DNA of 64,000 bases, from NCBI GenBank assembly GCA_045837725.1, contig JBEWZL010000044.1:124001-188000 (forward strand), in the 5' to 3' direction. Both the position numbers and the translations under genes were made by a program. Below the pieces are notes generated by a model. The model made no database searches. It was not told the origin of the DNA and saw nothing but the letters and a program-made list of their open reading frames with translations. Positions 49,918-62,591 of the stretch are shown one piece after another. Every line of letters starts with the position of its first letter. The stretch's first letter is position 1. The DNA comes from Vermamoeba vermiformis (Eukaryota).

Positions 49918-51582
49918 TTATTTGCGCAGACAAATGCTGCGAATATCATCTTCAAGCCATAATAATTGCAATCGTTTCCTAGCATCTGGATCTCTTCCGA
50001 GTTTCGATCTGTCACTTGCGATCTGGACCAACTTTTTCAGGTGCCTATCGTCGTTCACGAATTGAAAAAAGGCACCTGGATTATGAAACGCACTTTTCCA
50101 TATTAGGACTAATATCTCGTTTGGAATTGTTGCAAAGATTCCTCGATCTGCTGGCAAGTAAATAGTTCTGAGAATGTTCAAGCAATTGATTACTTGTTTG
50201 AATGCTCTTATTAATATCATTCTAGGTGTGAGTATATCAAAGCGTTCATCGTCGTGCTGGTGAAAGAAATTCGTAGCAAATCGAACTTCTACGAACGGAT
50301 TCGCTCTTGTTGGGCGAGCAATACGGGGCCAATAAGCAACCGATTTTTTTAGTTTGATAAGCTGAACTGATGTATTATTCTCTAATGTATTAATGAACGA
50401 GTCTGTAGGGTTATATCTGCATCTGCTACAGAAAACTAGGGTTTGGATCGGAGATGCCGAGTGCACCAAGTTTGATAGATCCAATTCTGAGACACTTCCT
50501 TGGTTTCCTCTAGCAGCAAATATCAATTTTCGAAGCGATCTATAAGAAAAATAACATCAGTAAGAATTTTGTTAAGATACATCCGGAACTTACTTCATCG
50601 AAAGTATCGATTTTTGTAGTTCTTCATCCACCATAATTTGCTTGACAGGTACTTCTAGTGCTGTTATAGCCGTACTATCACATATTGCTTTGATTAACGG
50701 ACACATTGATACTCCATGTGATAAGCCGGGCAAACTTAATTGTTGTAACGCCGGATGTGCCATTAGCGTCATCGCCAATAACTTTGTTTCGTCTGTTGAT
50801 AAGTTAAATTCCTCTCTGTTATCAAATAAATAGAATTTTTTCAGGTTTTTGTTGCCTTTGATCGCTTCACTAATAGATCCGACGCTTTTAGGCGCCTCAA
50901 CGGAATCTAACTTGATCGACTTTAAAGAACCCATTGTAGCCAAACCAAGCAATATATCGTCTGAATTTAAATTTCTGCCGCTTAGATCTATTGAAGTGAT
51001 TGTATGATTTGCTGCAAGAATTTCTGAAATTACGGATTCGTTCTCAATCCCCGACAATTTCAATCGCTGAATAGTCTTATTTTTCTTTATGCCAGCCAGC
51101 CATTTTATTGACTGTTCCATAGTTTTGATTTGCGCGTGTTCATCGGTTGTCAGATTCAGATCCGTAATCGTTGTGTTTTTTTTCAGGAATTTGCTGAACA
51201 TCGATTTGGCCGTCGTGGATGATATATATACGTCGGTTGTAAATGAATTAATTTTGCATTTGTTGGACCGTAGCATTTTGAAAAAAGATTTTGTTCTGTC
51301 GTTACACTCCATTACATCCGGGGCACTAAGCTCTAAAGAATAATATCTGTCATGATTTTCTATTGCTTGTAATATTGCAAGTATTTTCGGCGAGGTAACC
51401 AACTGATCAATCACCGAAAATTTGATCCTAAATCCGTCTTTCGGTATTTCGTTTTCTTGCAACCATTCTATTAATAAATCTAAAGACTCATTGCCAGCAG
51501 TAATTGTAATCGTTGGTTCGTATTTCCATGACGGTGGAATCTGTTTGTGCTTCTTCAAGAAATCATCCCAGCCCTGTTTCAT
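49918..51582 (-). CDS. LRR protein paralog 3 (more divergent; start approximate)
   Basis: Shares MAHP.LQ.L.LPG, DEELQKSILSMK, the intron donor context and IFATIPNEIL with paralogs 1 and 2. Confidence 0.75.
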
Positions 51583-51848
51583 CCATTTTAATAAATATTC
51601 ACGTATTTGTAAAATATTATTTTGTTAACTTCCTTATTTTAACAAAAAATAACTGATCGGGAATTGATTTGGGCTCTACAACGGATTTGTTCTTAGCCTA
51701 TTTACCTCTCCTGTTCCGCTCATTTTACATTATTACAAGCTCAAAATATGGTGTTGTGCATTTCGTGTGGTGCGGAAAAAATAACGAACAACAAACAAAA
51801 GATTTTGGTGCTGGCCGGTTGAAATTAATTCGTTTATCAAGTTTATTT

Positions 51849-53848
51849 TTAGTGCTTTTTCGCCTTTTGAGCGCGTTTTTTCATAATTTCGATTTGTTCT
51901 TTGGTTAACTTCACTTGACCAGTGACTTCAGCCGGAATATTACTTTGAGCTTGTTGTTGTTTCGCGGCATTAGCAGTTGATGTGCCAGCAGCACCAGGTG
52001 GTCCATGCGGCACTTTAGGATTGAATCTCATGCCGGGGAATTGATAAATTGTTCCTTTTTTGGCTAAATGTCCGAAGAAAACTACGGGCATGAGGGCTAA
52101 TAAAGTCATCATATCCTCCATGCCAGCATACCTATTCGAACCAAATATCAGTTATAATTCTCAAAGGTCCCGGACATTACCCATATATAATATATTTAGT
52201 ATTATATAGTTAATACTTACTGCGGATTAGAGGTGAAATGTGCACCGGTAAAGGTGAAGTTAGTCAAGGCCCAAGGAATTGGCACCATGAAGGGCATTGG
52301 CATGAGACCACGTGGATGAATGAACGGGAACAATAAGTTAATGGATAAGGGTCCTCCTAGCGAACTTGCTCTTCGCTCTCGGTATCGTTGTTCGGCCAAA
52401 TCCAAAAACGACAGATCATCCATTCTACAATAAAACAATAAGAATCGCTTCCATATTATTAATATATAAATTATACCTAAAAATTTCGCGTTGTCTTTTA
52501 TCAACGTCGTAGTCAATAGCGCCATTCTTTCGCATCTCGCGACCAACAAAATACATGTACTTCATCTTTTCTCCTTTCAGCGTAAAAATCTGATTTTTTC
52601 TATATACGGCAATTAATGGACGAGGCAAAATATTGCAAAGACAATTTATGACTTACTCAGGTTCTTTTTCACCCTTAGCTTGCTTGCGTAGTTCGTCGAC
52701 CTGTGGAACACGTGCCAATGATTAATATCACACAACATTACCATATATAGTATAAGAGTGCCGACCTCTTTAATTTGTATGTAGTTTAAGCCCAATGAAG
52801 CTGCTGTTAAGGCCACGTGACCGGCGGCAAAGTACGAGTACAAAAACTTGGGTCCGTGCGATTTAGCGATTGATCCACCGAATGAAAATATCATCATTAC
52901 TATATATGGAAAGTACATTAGCTAAACAAGGCAAATACAAAATAAAAACAATTCGAAGAAAGTGGATTCGATCCACAACTGATCTGATCTTGCTTGAAAT
53001 GACTTACACGAAGCGGCAGTTTGCCAAAACGAGTGTCCAGCGACATAATTTGTGATGAGAGTGTGAATACGGCCACCTTCAATGTTCTCAATGGTCGCTG
53101 TAAAATGTTTTTTCATGATCTCGAGACCTGTTTTGTTTTCTGTCCTCTAGAGTAATATAACCATTAGTATATTGCACGCCATAGCAAGTATGAGAAAGTT
53201 TAAAGAAATAGTCAATTTGGCGAAGCGCTCAAAATTTCGTGAGATGTACTCGTAAATCCTGAACTCAGAACGACAATCAAATTAGGAACACAGATTGCGA
53301 TGAAACTTATATAATGTTCGTATAAATATAGTTACTTACCCTAAAATAAGTATTGAGGGCATAGCCAGCGATAATGGGGATCGACAAGAAGAGCGCGTGT
53401 TTGTTGGCTTTGGTGTCGGGGAAATAGGCTTTGTCCATGAATTTATTGATGAATGTACGCACTGATATTTGCGCAGCCGGCTAAATACGAAAATAAAGTT
53501 AGTTTAAGGGTAGATCTGGTTTTGAAAAATAATGAACTCATTATGATTCGCTAGTGCGACCTTAATAGCAATATGACACGAACTATTATTACTTAGATAC
53601 GCATAAAATAATATTTTTAATATTTTTAGACTTACGCTAATGTTATTTGAGACGACATTATGTGTCGTGGCTAATCTGCCCACTAAAAAAACAGAAAAAT
53701 TAAAAACTACTAAAACAAGCAATAAAATATTGCAATTAATTTACTTCCACAAGCAAAAATGCGGTAGAATTAATAAATTACCTGGAGCAAGATCCCGTTT
53801 GGACTTTTTTCCACCAACGATATTTACAGGGACATATTTAGTCCACAT
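51849..53848 (-). CDS. Rhomboid-like (PARL-type) membrane protein, apparently catalytically inactive (spliced)
   Basis: HFTATIENIEGGRIHTLITNY and MIFSFGGSIAKSHGPKFLYSYFAAG resemble the rhomboid L1/TM2-3 region; GxSG and catalytic His not found. Confidence 0.55.
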
Positions 53849-54267
53849 TAATGCACGATATAGCACAACTAGTTTAATTGGTGTAATTAGAGCTGTCGCA
53901 CACAAGAATAAAACACGAACAAACTGAACAGAACAATTTGTCCGATTTTTTGTTGACTTGCACCACCAGATCTGACAAGTCTACACGGTCAAAATGGCTA
54001 ATTATAGCTTATATTCAAAGTAAATAGGAAGACGAGCCTATTACAGCAGAAGATAAAGAATTAGAAAAATTTTGGATTTCATCTCGTGTCCGTGGTAAGT
54101 AGAATTAAATGATACATTGGTACTATCAAATAACATAATATTTTTGCTATATTCTTCAGCTTGCCACCGACTTTTAATTTAATTTACGAAATTAATTTTT
54201 AATTACTGTGTCCTGATCTGGAAATCAATCCAAAATTGCAAAAATAATGGCTAAATTTTCGTTTAGC
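53615..54267. repeat. Direct duplication, copy A (copy B at 56978-57627)
   Basis: Near-identical sequence, e.g. gttgacttgcaccaccagatctgacaagtctacacggtcaaaa occurs in both copies. Confidence 0.9.
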
Positions 54268-54571
54268 GATGAAGCAAATAATAATAACAATAATGAGGAA
54301 TCGATTAAGATAGACTGCCCGTGGAGACGAATCTGATCCAATACAATCCCTGTCTTATTCGAATACGAAAGCGACGATGAAAAATCATAAACAAAAAAAG
54401 TTATTGCAAAGCGACGAGCATTTTTCGGGCGTTTTGGGCCCACGTGCAATTTTTGGAGCGGGAAATGTCCAAAACACCCGATCCAAACAAAGAACAAGAA
54501 GACCCACTCTGGCACGTTATTTTTGAACGCTACTACAACAATTAGTCGCTTTCTAAATACGCTCTCCAAAA

Positions 54572-56376
54572 ATGCAACAATTCTGGCGTTCGTTAATGCT
54601 TGCTACACTGTTGTACGCAACTTTGGCAAACGCACGAACAGTCGTGCTCAACGTCAACGCGACTCGAGAATGTGGCCGAAATTCATTCTACAAAGGGTGC
54701 GAATTTACTGACCCAAAGTATTGGATTGGCAATATTGCTCCAGGTAATCCGGATCATTTTAACGACGAAATATTTTTTAAATTCGCTGCTTTTTATTAAA
54801 TTATTTTGTTCTAACATAACAATGGATAAAATCAAGATAAATTTTTAAGTTAATTATTATAATAAGCAAAATAAGACTCATTACCCGAAAGTTAAAAACC
54901 AAAAGCGAGCTAAATATAATGCTAAAAAACTTTATTCAGAGAACGGCGACGCAGTGATTATTCCAGGAGGATCTTCTTTCTTAAATTTGACGCAGCCCAT
55001 GACCTTAAAGAGTCTCGTCTTTGAAGGCAACGCCTCGACCTCAGCCTTGTATCCCTGGGTGAAAATTGCTTTCTCTCGCACGTTGATAATTGAAGACGTC
55101 AACCACGCAGGCTATGTGAAACTCGAACCTATGGCTGGCCGAATTGGCTACTACGCTATTGAATATATCAACTACCATTATTTGCATTACGCTACAAACG
55201 TTATGGCAACCATGAAAAATTTTACAGCGAGTACGTTAGCCGCTAGTGGATCGTCAATCCAGGTAGGAATACAACATTATATATATCTATTCTAACTATT
55301 ATGAAATAATAACGAAATTTTTTTTATTATTCTTGGAATTTTATTAATTTGTTATCTTCGCAGGCAGATACTCTAAATCTGGGGGGATTAGAACTTTATG
55401 GTGCTACCATTACGTGCAACTCTCTAGTTACTGAGCGGTACTATGAGCATTCCCACTACCGAGCTTCAATTAATTGCGCATCCGTTACATTTTCTGGAGC
55501 TGGGGATTATGTTGAAATGCACAACACCGAAATTAGGGCGGAACAAGTGAAGTTTAGTGGACATTTACGCTTCATTCAGATCAACGGAACAATTGGCGCA
55601 ACGACAGTAACATTCGATGTTTTATCGAGTAATGTTGAACTTGCTTCTGCGGCAACGTTGATCTCGCCGAATGCGATTTCTTTCTCAAATAGGATAACTT
55701 CCTTACGTAAGAAATATATATATGGATCCTGAACATAATATTAACGATAAAAATGAAATTCAATGCAGATCTGGACGGAACAATTTTTGCACCAACGGTT
55801 ACTGTGGATGCGCCATTTGTTGCGATGGGCGGTACCATCAATGCTGCCCAGACCAATCTCAAACGGCAAAGCAACTTTTATCCGCCTAAATGGTCGTCGG
55901 GTCCAGCACTTACTGTCAACGGCAGCCTGGCGGTTGGACCCGACCTCAAATGGACCGTCCAACGAGACGCTAGTTCTGGTGAACTAAAACTCGGGATGAT
56001 CGTTGTTGCCGGTGAACTAACATCTTACGATTCTTTTGCAAGCTACATCCTAGTCAGTTGGCAAATTGACCAGTTCATGGTGCCCGATCACCCCTTGATC
56101 TTAGCGCGCTACCAGAGCACTACACTCCATAGCGCCTCTCCGTACACGTATGAAGATAGTACAATGGCTTTCAAACTCACTCCCACTGAATTGATCGCCA
56201 CGTATAACGTCACAATCGCACCCAATACTCCCACACAACAAGAAACTGGTAGTAGTAATGGCCCTGCAGTAATAATCTTGAGCGTTTTGTGCGCGTGTTT
56301 GGGGGTAGCAGTTATTGGCTTGACTTTCGCGGTCTTCAAAAAGAGAAAAGAAGCAGCCTATGTACGTCTTCAGTAA
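54572..56376 (+). CDS. Type I membrane protein with signal peptide, beta-rich ectodomain and short cytoplasmic tail
   Basis: Signal MQQFWRSLMLATLLYATLANA; FTDPKYWIGNIAP..GD.V.I; TM AVIILSVLCACLGVAVIGLTFAVF; tail KKRKEAAYVRLQ. Confidence 0.75.
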
Positions 56377-56457
56377 ACTTTTAGAATAAAAATGATACTA
56401 CTTTTTCAAGAGAACAACAGAAAATTATTTCCTGCTCGGGTGACAAGTTGGTGATTT

Positions 56458-57211
56458 TACTATTTTTTTGCTCGCCTTTCTACGGGCAGGACGGCCAACA
56501 AACTGACCATGTCCTCCAAGCCAGCACATCTATTCGAGCCAAAAGTTAGTACGCAGTCTTAAGGGTCCCGGGCACTACTCCTCTATACTACATTCGTCCC
56601 TATTTAATCAATACTTACTGAGGTTTCGAGGAGAAATGCGCACCGGTAAACGTGAGATTTGATTTGTAAAGAACCAAGGCACGGGCAGTGCGAAGGGCAT
56701 GGGCATGAGACCACGTGGCTGAATGAACGGGAACAATAAATTAATCGCTAACGGGCCTTGTTCGTCGCTCGCGGTACCGTTGTTCGGCAAGATCCAAAAA
56801 CTCTAGATCTACCAAAATGAGTGACCACTCATATAATTGGTTATAATAGTATGAATTCGACACTTTCCACGTTCTCAATTGTCGCTGTAAAATGTTTTTG
56901 ATATGATCTTGACCAGTTTTGTTATCCGACCTCTGTAGGATTGAACGGTATTAGTTTATCATGGGTATTTGTATACTTAATTTTTAGGACTTACGCTAAT
57001 GTTTTTCGAGACCACATTATGTTTCGTGGCTAATCTACTGGCTAAAAAAAAAAGAATAATTAATAATCTACCAAAATTAGTATACGCCAATGCGTTATAT
57101 TTATTTCCACAAACAAAAATTTTCGGTAGAATTAAAAAAATTACCTGGAGCAAGATCCCGTTTGGACTTTTTTCCACCAACGATATTTACAGGAACATAT
57201 TTAGTCCACAT
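56458..57211 (-). pseudogene. Decayed, internally deleted duplicate of the rhomboid-like gene
   Basis: Fragments match parent exons (GPLAINLLFPFIQPRGLMPMPF, KHFTATIEN, MWTKYVP); middle exons are missing and frameshifts are present. Confidence 0.85.
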
Positions 57212-57627
57212 TAATGCACGATATAGCACTACTAGTTAATTAGTGCAATAGACCTGTCGCGCACAAGAATAAAACACGAACAAACTGAGCAGAACATTTT
57301 GTCCGATTTTTTGTTGACTTGCACCACCAGATCTGACAAGTCTACACGGTCAAAAAGAATAACTGGAGCTTATATTCAAAATTGATAGGAAGACGAGCCT
57401 ATTACAGCAGAAGACAAAGAATTAGAAAAATTTTGGATTTCATCCCGTGTCCATAGTAAGCAGAATTAAATGGCACATTGGTACTATCAAATAACGTATT
57501 ATTATTGCTATATTCTTCGGCTTGCCACCGACTTTTAATTTAATTTACGAAATTAATTTTTAATTACTGTGTCCTGATCTGGAAAACAATCCAAAATTGC
57601 AAAAATAATGGCTAAATTTTCGTTTAG
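56978..57627. repeat. Direct duplication, copy B (copy A at 53615-54267)
   Basis: Near-identical to 53615-54267. Confidence 0.9.
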
Positions 57628-57857
57628 TGCTCGCATTTTAATCATTTTTGAGTCTTTATTTCAATTCTCCCGTTATTGTTAATATTTCTGGTTAAAACGA
57701 TATTTTGCAATTAATTTATCAGATCTATTTTCGGTTACCGGCTAACAACTCTTTTATTGTAGTTAAATACCTATAATACTGCAAGTTATCGTGCTGCCAA
57801 TACCGATTTTTCCGCGTTTGATGCCAAAATTAGTACTTTCTAAATAACAAAACACAA

Positions 57858-59889
57858 ATGGAACAGGACACGAAAAAGAAATCACCGGACGACAAGGTAA
57901 TAACTTAAATAAAAATATCATATTTTATATTAATATCGATCCATGCCGAAGTCTGTCTCTTTTTCGGCATAATTAATTTAAATTGAAAAGTTTTGTGGAT
58001 CTTCCAGGTCTTTCCAGATCTGCTTTTCAAATAGCAAATGATATTTAAGCATCATATACTAATATTTGACTATAATAGAAGCCTAAAAAATCGAAATCAA
58101 AGGACAAGACAGGTACGTTGAATCTTTTCCTAATTTGGTGGACGAGCGTGACAGTCCCGTGATTCGATCTTATCGGTCGTACTTTCGTATACTAATATAT
58201 TATTATAGTCTTAATAATGATGCTAACATGTTATATTATTCTAGCCCTTGATGAAGAATTTCAAAAGTCAAAAAGTTCGCGACGAGAAAAAAAGACGAAA
58301 AATAGCGATGACGTAGATAGCTCTATATTACCCTTCGAGCTTCTCCCGCCCGAGATACAACATATGGTATTCTCATATGTCAACGATTGGCTCGTTGTTT
58401 TAAGATGCGATCTCGTTGCAAAATGGTTTTCGGATGCGGCTTGGCAAGCATTTGAACCTAAAGAAGAAGCTATGTTATCGTTCATGGAGTGGGCTAAGCC
58501 TATTTTAAGGCAAAGGCGAGACCGTTCACTGAACAATTCAAACGGAAGCGGATCTGGCAACGAAGGTAATTGAAAAATATTAATTACGCATTATCATACT
58601 TTCATTACTTTATTTGGAAATCATGACTTATTCTTTACCATTTTAGGAAAGTCAGGACCACTTCCGAGTGGATATTCGACCACCAATGTCGAGGCAATCA
58701 GCAACTTAATTTTATTGCAGTCAAAGCGACAAAATCTACAAACATTAATATTAGGCGATTATTATACGTCTAATAATCCCTTGGATAAGGAGACTTTAAA
58801 TAGAATAGGTCAATTAACTCAGCTTAAGGTAATGAGATCTGACATTTGACACGTGTCACTTTTTGACACCCAAACTATGTTACTAATTAAATTCTTTCTT
58901 AGAATTTAAGTGTTTCTGGTGCATACGCTCAAGATAAGAAGAAATTTGGTGACCTTTCACTATTCAAATGCTTGTCACCTTTGGTCCAGTTAACGCGACT
59001 GCAGATCTTGCACTGGACTTTTGACACGAGAAAATCTGAAGCCTTCGTATTTACGGACCTTCGCGAGATACATTTGGGATCTTGCAGCATGTCGAACAAG
59101 ACGCTCAAGAGCATTTCCAAATTAGGAAATTTGAAAGCACTCAACTTGTTCAACAGCGTGATTGACTGCAAAGAAAAAGAGGTGATGAAGCACATCGGAC
59201 AAATGCGCGGATTAACTTCACTGAATCTCAAATTTGACGGTGTCACAGGAAGATATTTCAATAATTTGGATCACCTGACGGATCTGAGGCATTTGGCGGT
59301 CGGCGGAAATACTTGCAATGAATCATGCTTGCAGTCATTTTCACACCTGACCGGCATTGATACGCTGCAAATATATCACATGGGAATATGGAACGGAATC
59401 AATCATTTATCAACATTGGCCAACCTTCAAAAACTCGATTTTTATCATTGCAAATTAAGTCCGCAAGCATTCGAGTTTATTTGCGATAATTTCAGCAAAC
59501 TTACCTTTTTTGGAATACCAAGCACGAACGGCGCAGTGACAGCGGAAATATTCAAAAATTTATCAAAATTAACTTCAATCAACCGATTAGAGATGGGAAC
59601 AATAGCCCAGTTGACAACAGCAGAAATTATGGCGCCATTGACGTGCCTGTCAAATCTGACATTTTGGGATGTCAGTTACAACAGGCTGCAAACGCCTGGA
59701 ATACTCTATTTGACACGATTGACCAATTTGACTTATTTGGATTTCGATCACTGTCACATGGCTGACGCGAACGACGACATGACAATTTTCAATGACATGT
59801 TGCGTGCCTTGCCTCATGTAACAACATTGATTATGTGTAACGGCGCGAATTTAATCGGCAAAAAAGAAGAAAAAAGCCGGCGGAAATAA
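57858..59889 (+). CDS. F-box/LRR protein (spliced)
   Basis: FELLPPEIQHMVFSYV...VAKWF F-box followed by L..LT.L..L.L repeats. Confidence 0.85.
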
Positions 59890-59987
59890 AAAACCAATTT
59901 GATTTAAGTTTTGCACGGTTGTGTATATATAATATAATTGGCGGAAATAAAAAACCAATTTGATTTTTCATTTTTTCACGGTTGTGT
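59880..59987. repeat. About 45-bp imperfect tandem duplication overlapping the stop codon and 3' UTR
   Basis: gcggaaataaaaaaccaatttgattt...cacggttgtgt occurs at 59880 and 59941. Confidence 0.85.
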
Positions 59988-60041
59988 CCAAGATATTTTT
60001 TGGTGAAAAAATTGCGTTTTAAATTAATTTCTACAGTTGGG

Positions 60042-62400
60042 TTAGTTAGTAATTACATTATCGCGAGGTGTGACTGGTGGTAACTTTGAATAATCAACTT
60101 GCAGCTCAGGACTGCTCGACAAGGCTTCTTTCAATTCTTCGTGCAGCTGTGCGTCGGTGGTGTTGATTGGCAAGGGCAGACTTGACGGCACTTCTTCGGC
60201 ACTCCTACGCAAGAGTCCGTTAGCTTGATTGAATAGGTATATGTGGTACTTACTTTAGCTCGTCTTCTAAGTGCTGCGGACAACATTCTGGATTGCTTTC
60301 ATGTGGCTCGGTCTCAGAGAGCACGCAGATTTTGAACGGGCTGTCTGTCGTAGAGAAATGAAAAGTCAGTCCATGGATCTCGATTTGAACACCATAATTA
60401 TCATACCTTTAACATCGTATCCGTTCAACAGCACGTGCATTTCGTATTTTCCTTCAGCACGAGGCGTTACACCAACAACGTAAGTGCCGTCATTTCTGTC
60501 TTGCACGTGCACACTGACAAGCTTGTCGGTGTCAATAGACGAATCAATAACGATTGGCTTTAGTGTGGTACGAATCTGAGCGCCACCTAGTATGGTTTGG
60601 GATGTGTTAGGGTTGAAAGATTTATCAAGAGGTGACGAGCACGTACCGAACTTGACGGGGTTTCCGAGCCTGTCCATTGAATTAATAATGAAACACGACG
60701 TAACTCCGACGTAGAAGGGGCTCTTAATAGCATCTCCGACAGCCAAGGAGCGACTGGGATAAGCTGGAGCGACCATAATAGACACTGCTTGTGAGGTGAT
60801 CAAGGGTTGCTTGTTGCCGTCGGGAGCCAAGTAGAAAATATTCAGCGTGCCTGTGCCAGGCTTGAACGGAATATATGAAGCAAGGTACTGGCCCTCACCT
60901 ACGACATGAAGGTAAGTTAGTTGGGCCCAACGAATGCTATGCATCGATGTTGACACGTGTCAAAGTGTCACTTACCAACTGTTTCCACAATGAGCGGAAC
61001 TTGAGCGTCAGCTTGAACTAGCTCTCCCCACAGTCTATCCGCGATATTTCCAGACAAGGCGCTCTTAATCGAGATCTCTGCGCGTTCTCCAACAATTGCC
61101 GCGTTGAGTCCGAGACCTTCGATAATCAAGTTGTCCTCGCCGGGCACGAGACTGTTCTTCAGACTGCCAAATGTATGGCCTGAAGGAGACTTGGGAGTAG
61201 AACTGTTTTGAACGGGCATTGGAACTCCGTGTGAAACACTGCCACGTGGATCTTCCTCGACAACAACAGGGACCGGGGCTGGACTTGAGTTGCCGTTTGA
61301 GTTGATGAAACTAGTGTTTGGAGGCGGGGTCTGTCCTCGTGCAAACATTTGTGATGTGTGCGGACTTAGATCCGACGAGCTCGATAAGGATTGGCTCGCT
61401 GAAGTGATGATCTCGGAGTGATCTTCATTATTTTCTTCAATTTCGTAACTGCTTGATGCTAATGCCGCGTGTGAATCTTTTGGAGACTGGTGGCTGTTAT
61501 CTTTTACTGGTGTATTTGTATCTAAATTTACTTCCACAACTGAAAATAAACGTCAGCAAGATCTCGATCGGAAAAATTGACTTACATGTTTCTCGTTTGG
61601 ATACTGGTAGAGAAGCATTCTCGAGCGCTAGTAATTATGGTAAATAACATTTTAATTAATATCTTGCATGGCTTTACGTACATCTATTCAAGATCGAGAT
61701 CCCACGATTATTTAAAGCCAAAAATTGCCTGACTAGGAAATCATTTTCAAGCTGAGTGGTCAATAATTTTTGTAAAAATTGTTCGAGCTTCTTCCTTCGC
61801 TTTTCAATAGTTTCCTATTTAGTTTCGTTAATGAGCCGAGATCCTCACTTTAAAATTGTTACGAAAAATAAGACACGTACCGGCTTCATTTTGCCCACTA
61901 CTGTTTTCTTAGGAAAGCTGAATCCTTTTACTACCTCATATTTTTTGCATAGCTGAAGAGAAGTTAGTGAACGGCCGAGTATCGCATCCCCGTTTTACCT
62001 CATCATTTAGCTCTAAAAATTCCTTATATCGTTTGCTAACGGACCATGTTTCTATTGGCACGCCATGTATTGTTATTTCAACGTGATAAACCTGAAATAA
62101 AAATATCAGTCAAAAATTCAATTTAAATTCGGAGATTGCTTGTATGACATTACAATAATATAAGGTAATTTTTATAGCTGTCGTTAATATTAATTGCGCG
62201 AACAGGGTTAAAAAATCGATTATAATTAACGAGCGTGCAAAGTGATTCTAGAATAACGATCCGATCTCTTTTCTAAAGAAAGCATATGCTGCTTATTATT
62301 ATCATATTAAACTTACTGTAAAATGGTCTGTTGCATTTTTGACATTTTGTGTCGAAGGAATAGCAACTGTAATCCGATCAAGTACTTGCAAATCTGCCAT
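60042..62400 (-). CDS. PX (Phox) domain protein with C-terminal filamin/Ig-like repeats (spliced)
   Basis: VYHVEI...WSVSKRYKEFLEL...FPKK...IEKRRKKLEQFL (PX); IEGLGL..A.VG, DRNDGTYVVGVTPRAEGKYEMHV.LNG (filamin). Confidence 0.8.
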
Positions 62401-62591
62401 TTTTCAACTCATAATAAAAATACAATATATTCTTATAATACAAATATGAGGTCTTCTCTATCTATTGTTTCATGAATTAAATTTTGGCTGCGTGTCAAAA
62501 ACGAGTCTGTGACACGTGTTTGACATTTCTTGTTGCACGAGCTGAATAGGACCAAAATACCCTATAATTGATATTTATTTACATCCTAAGA

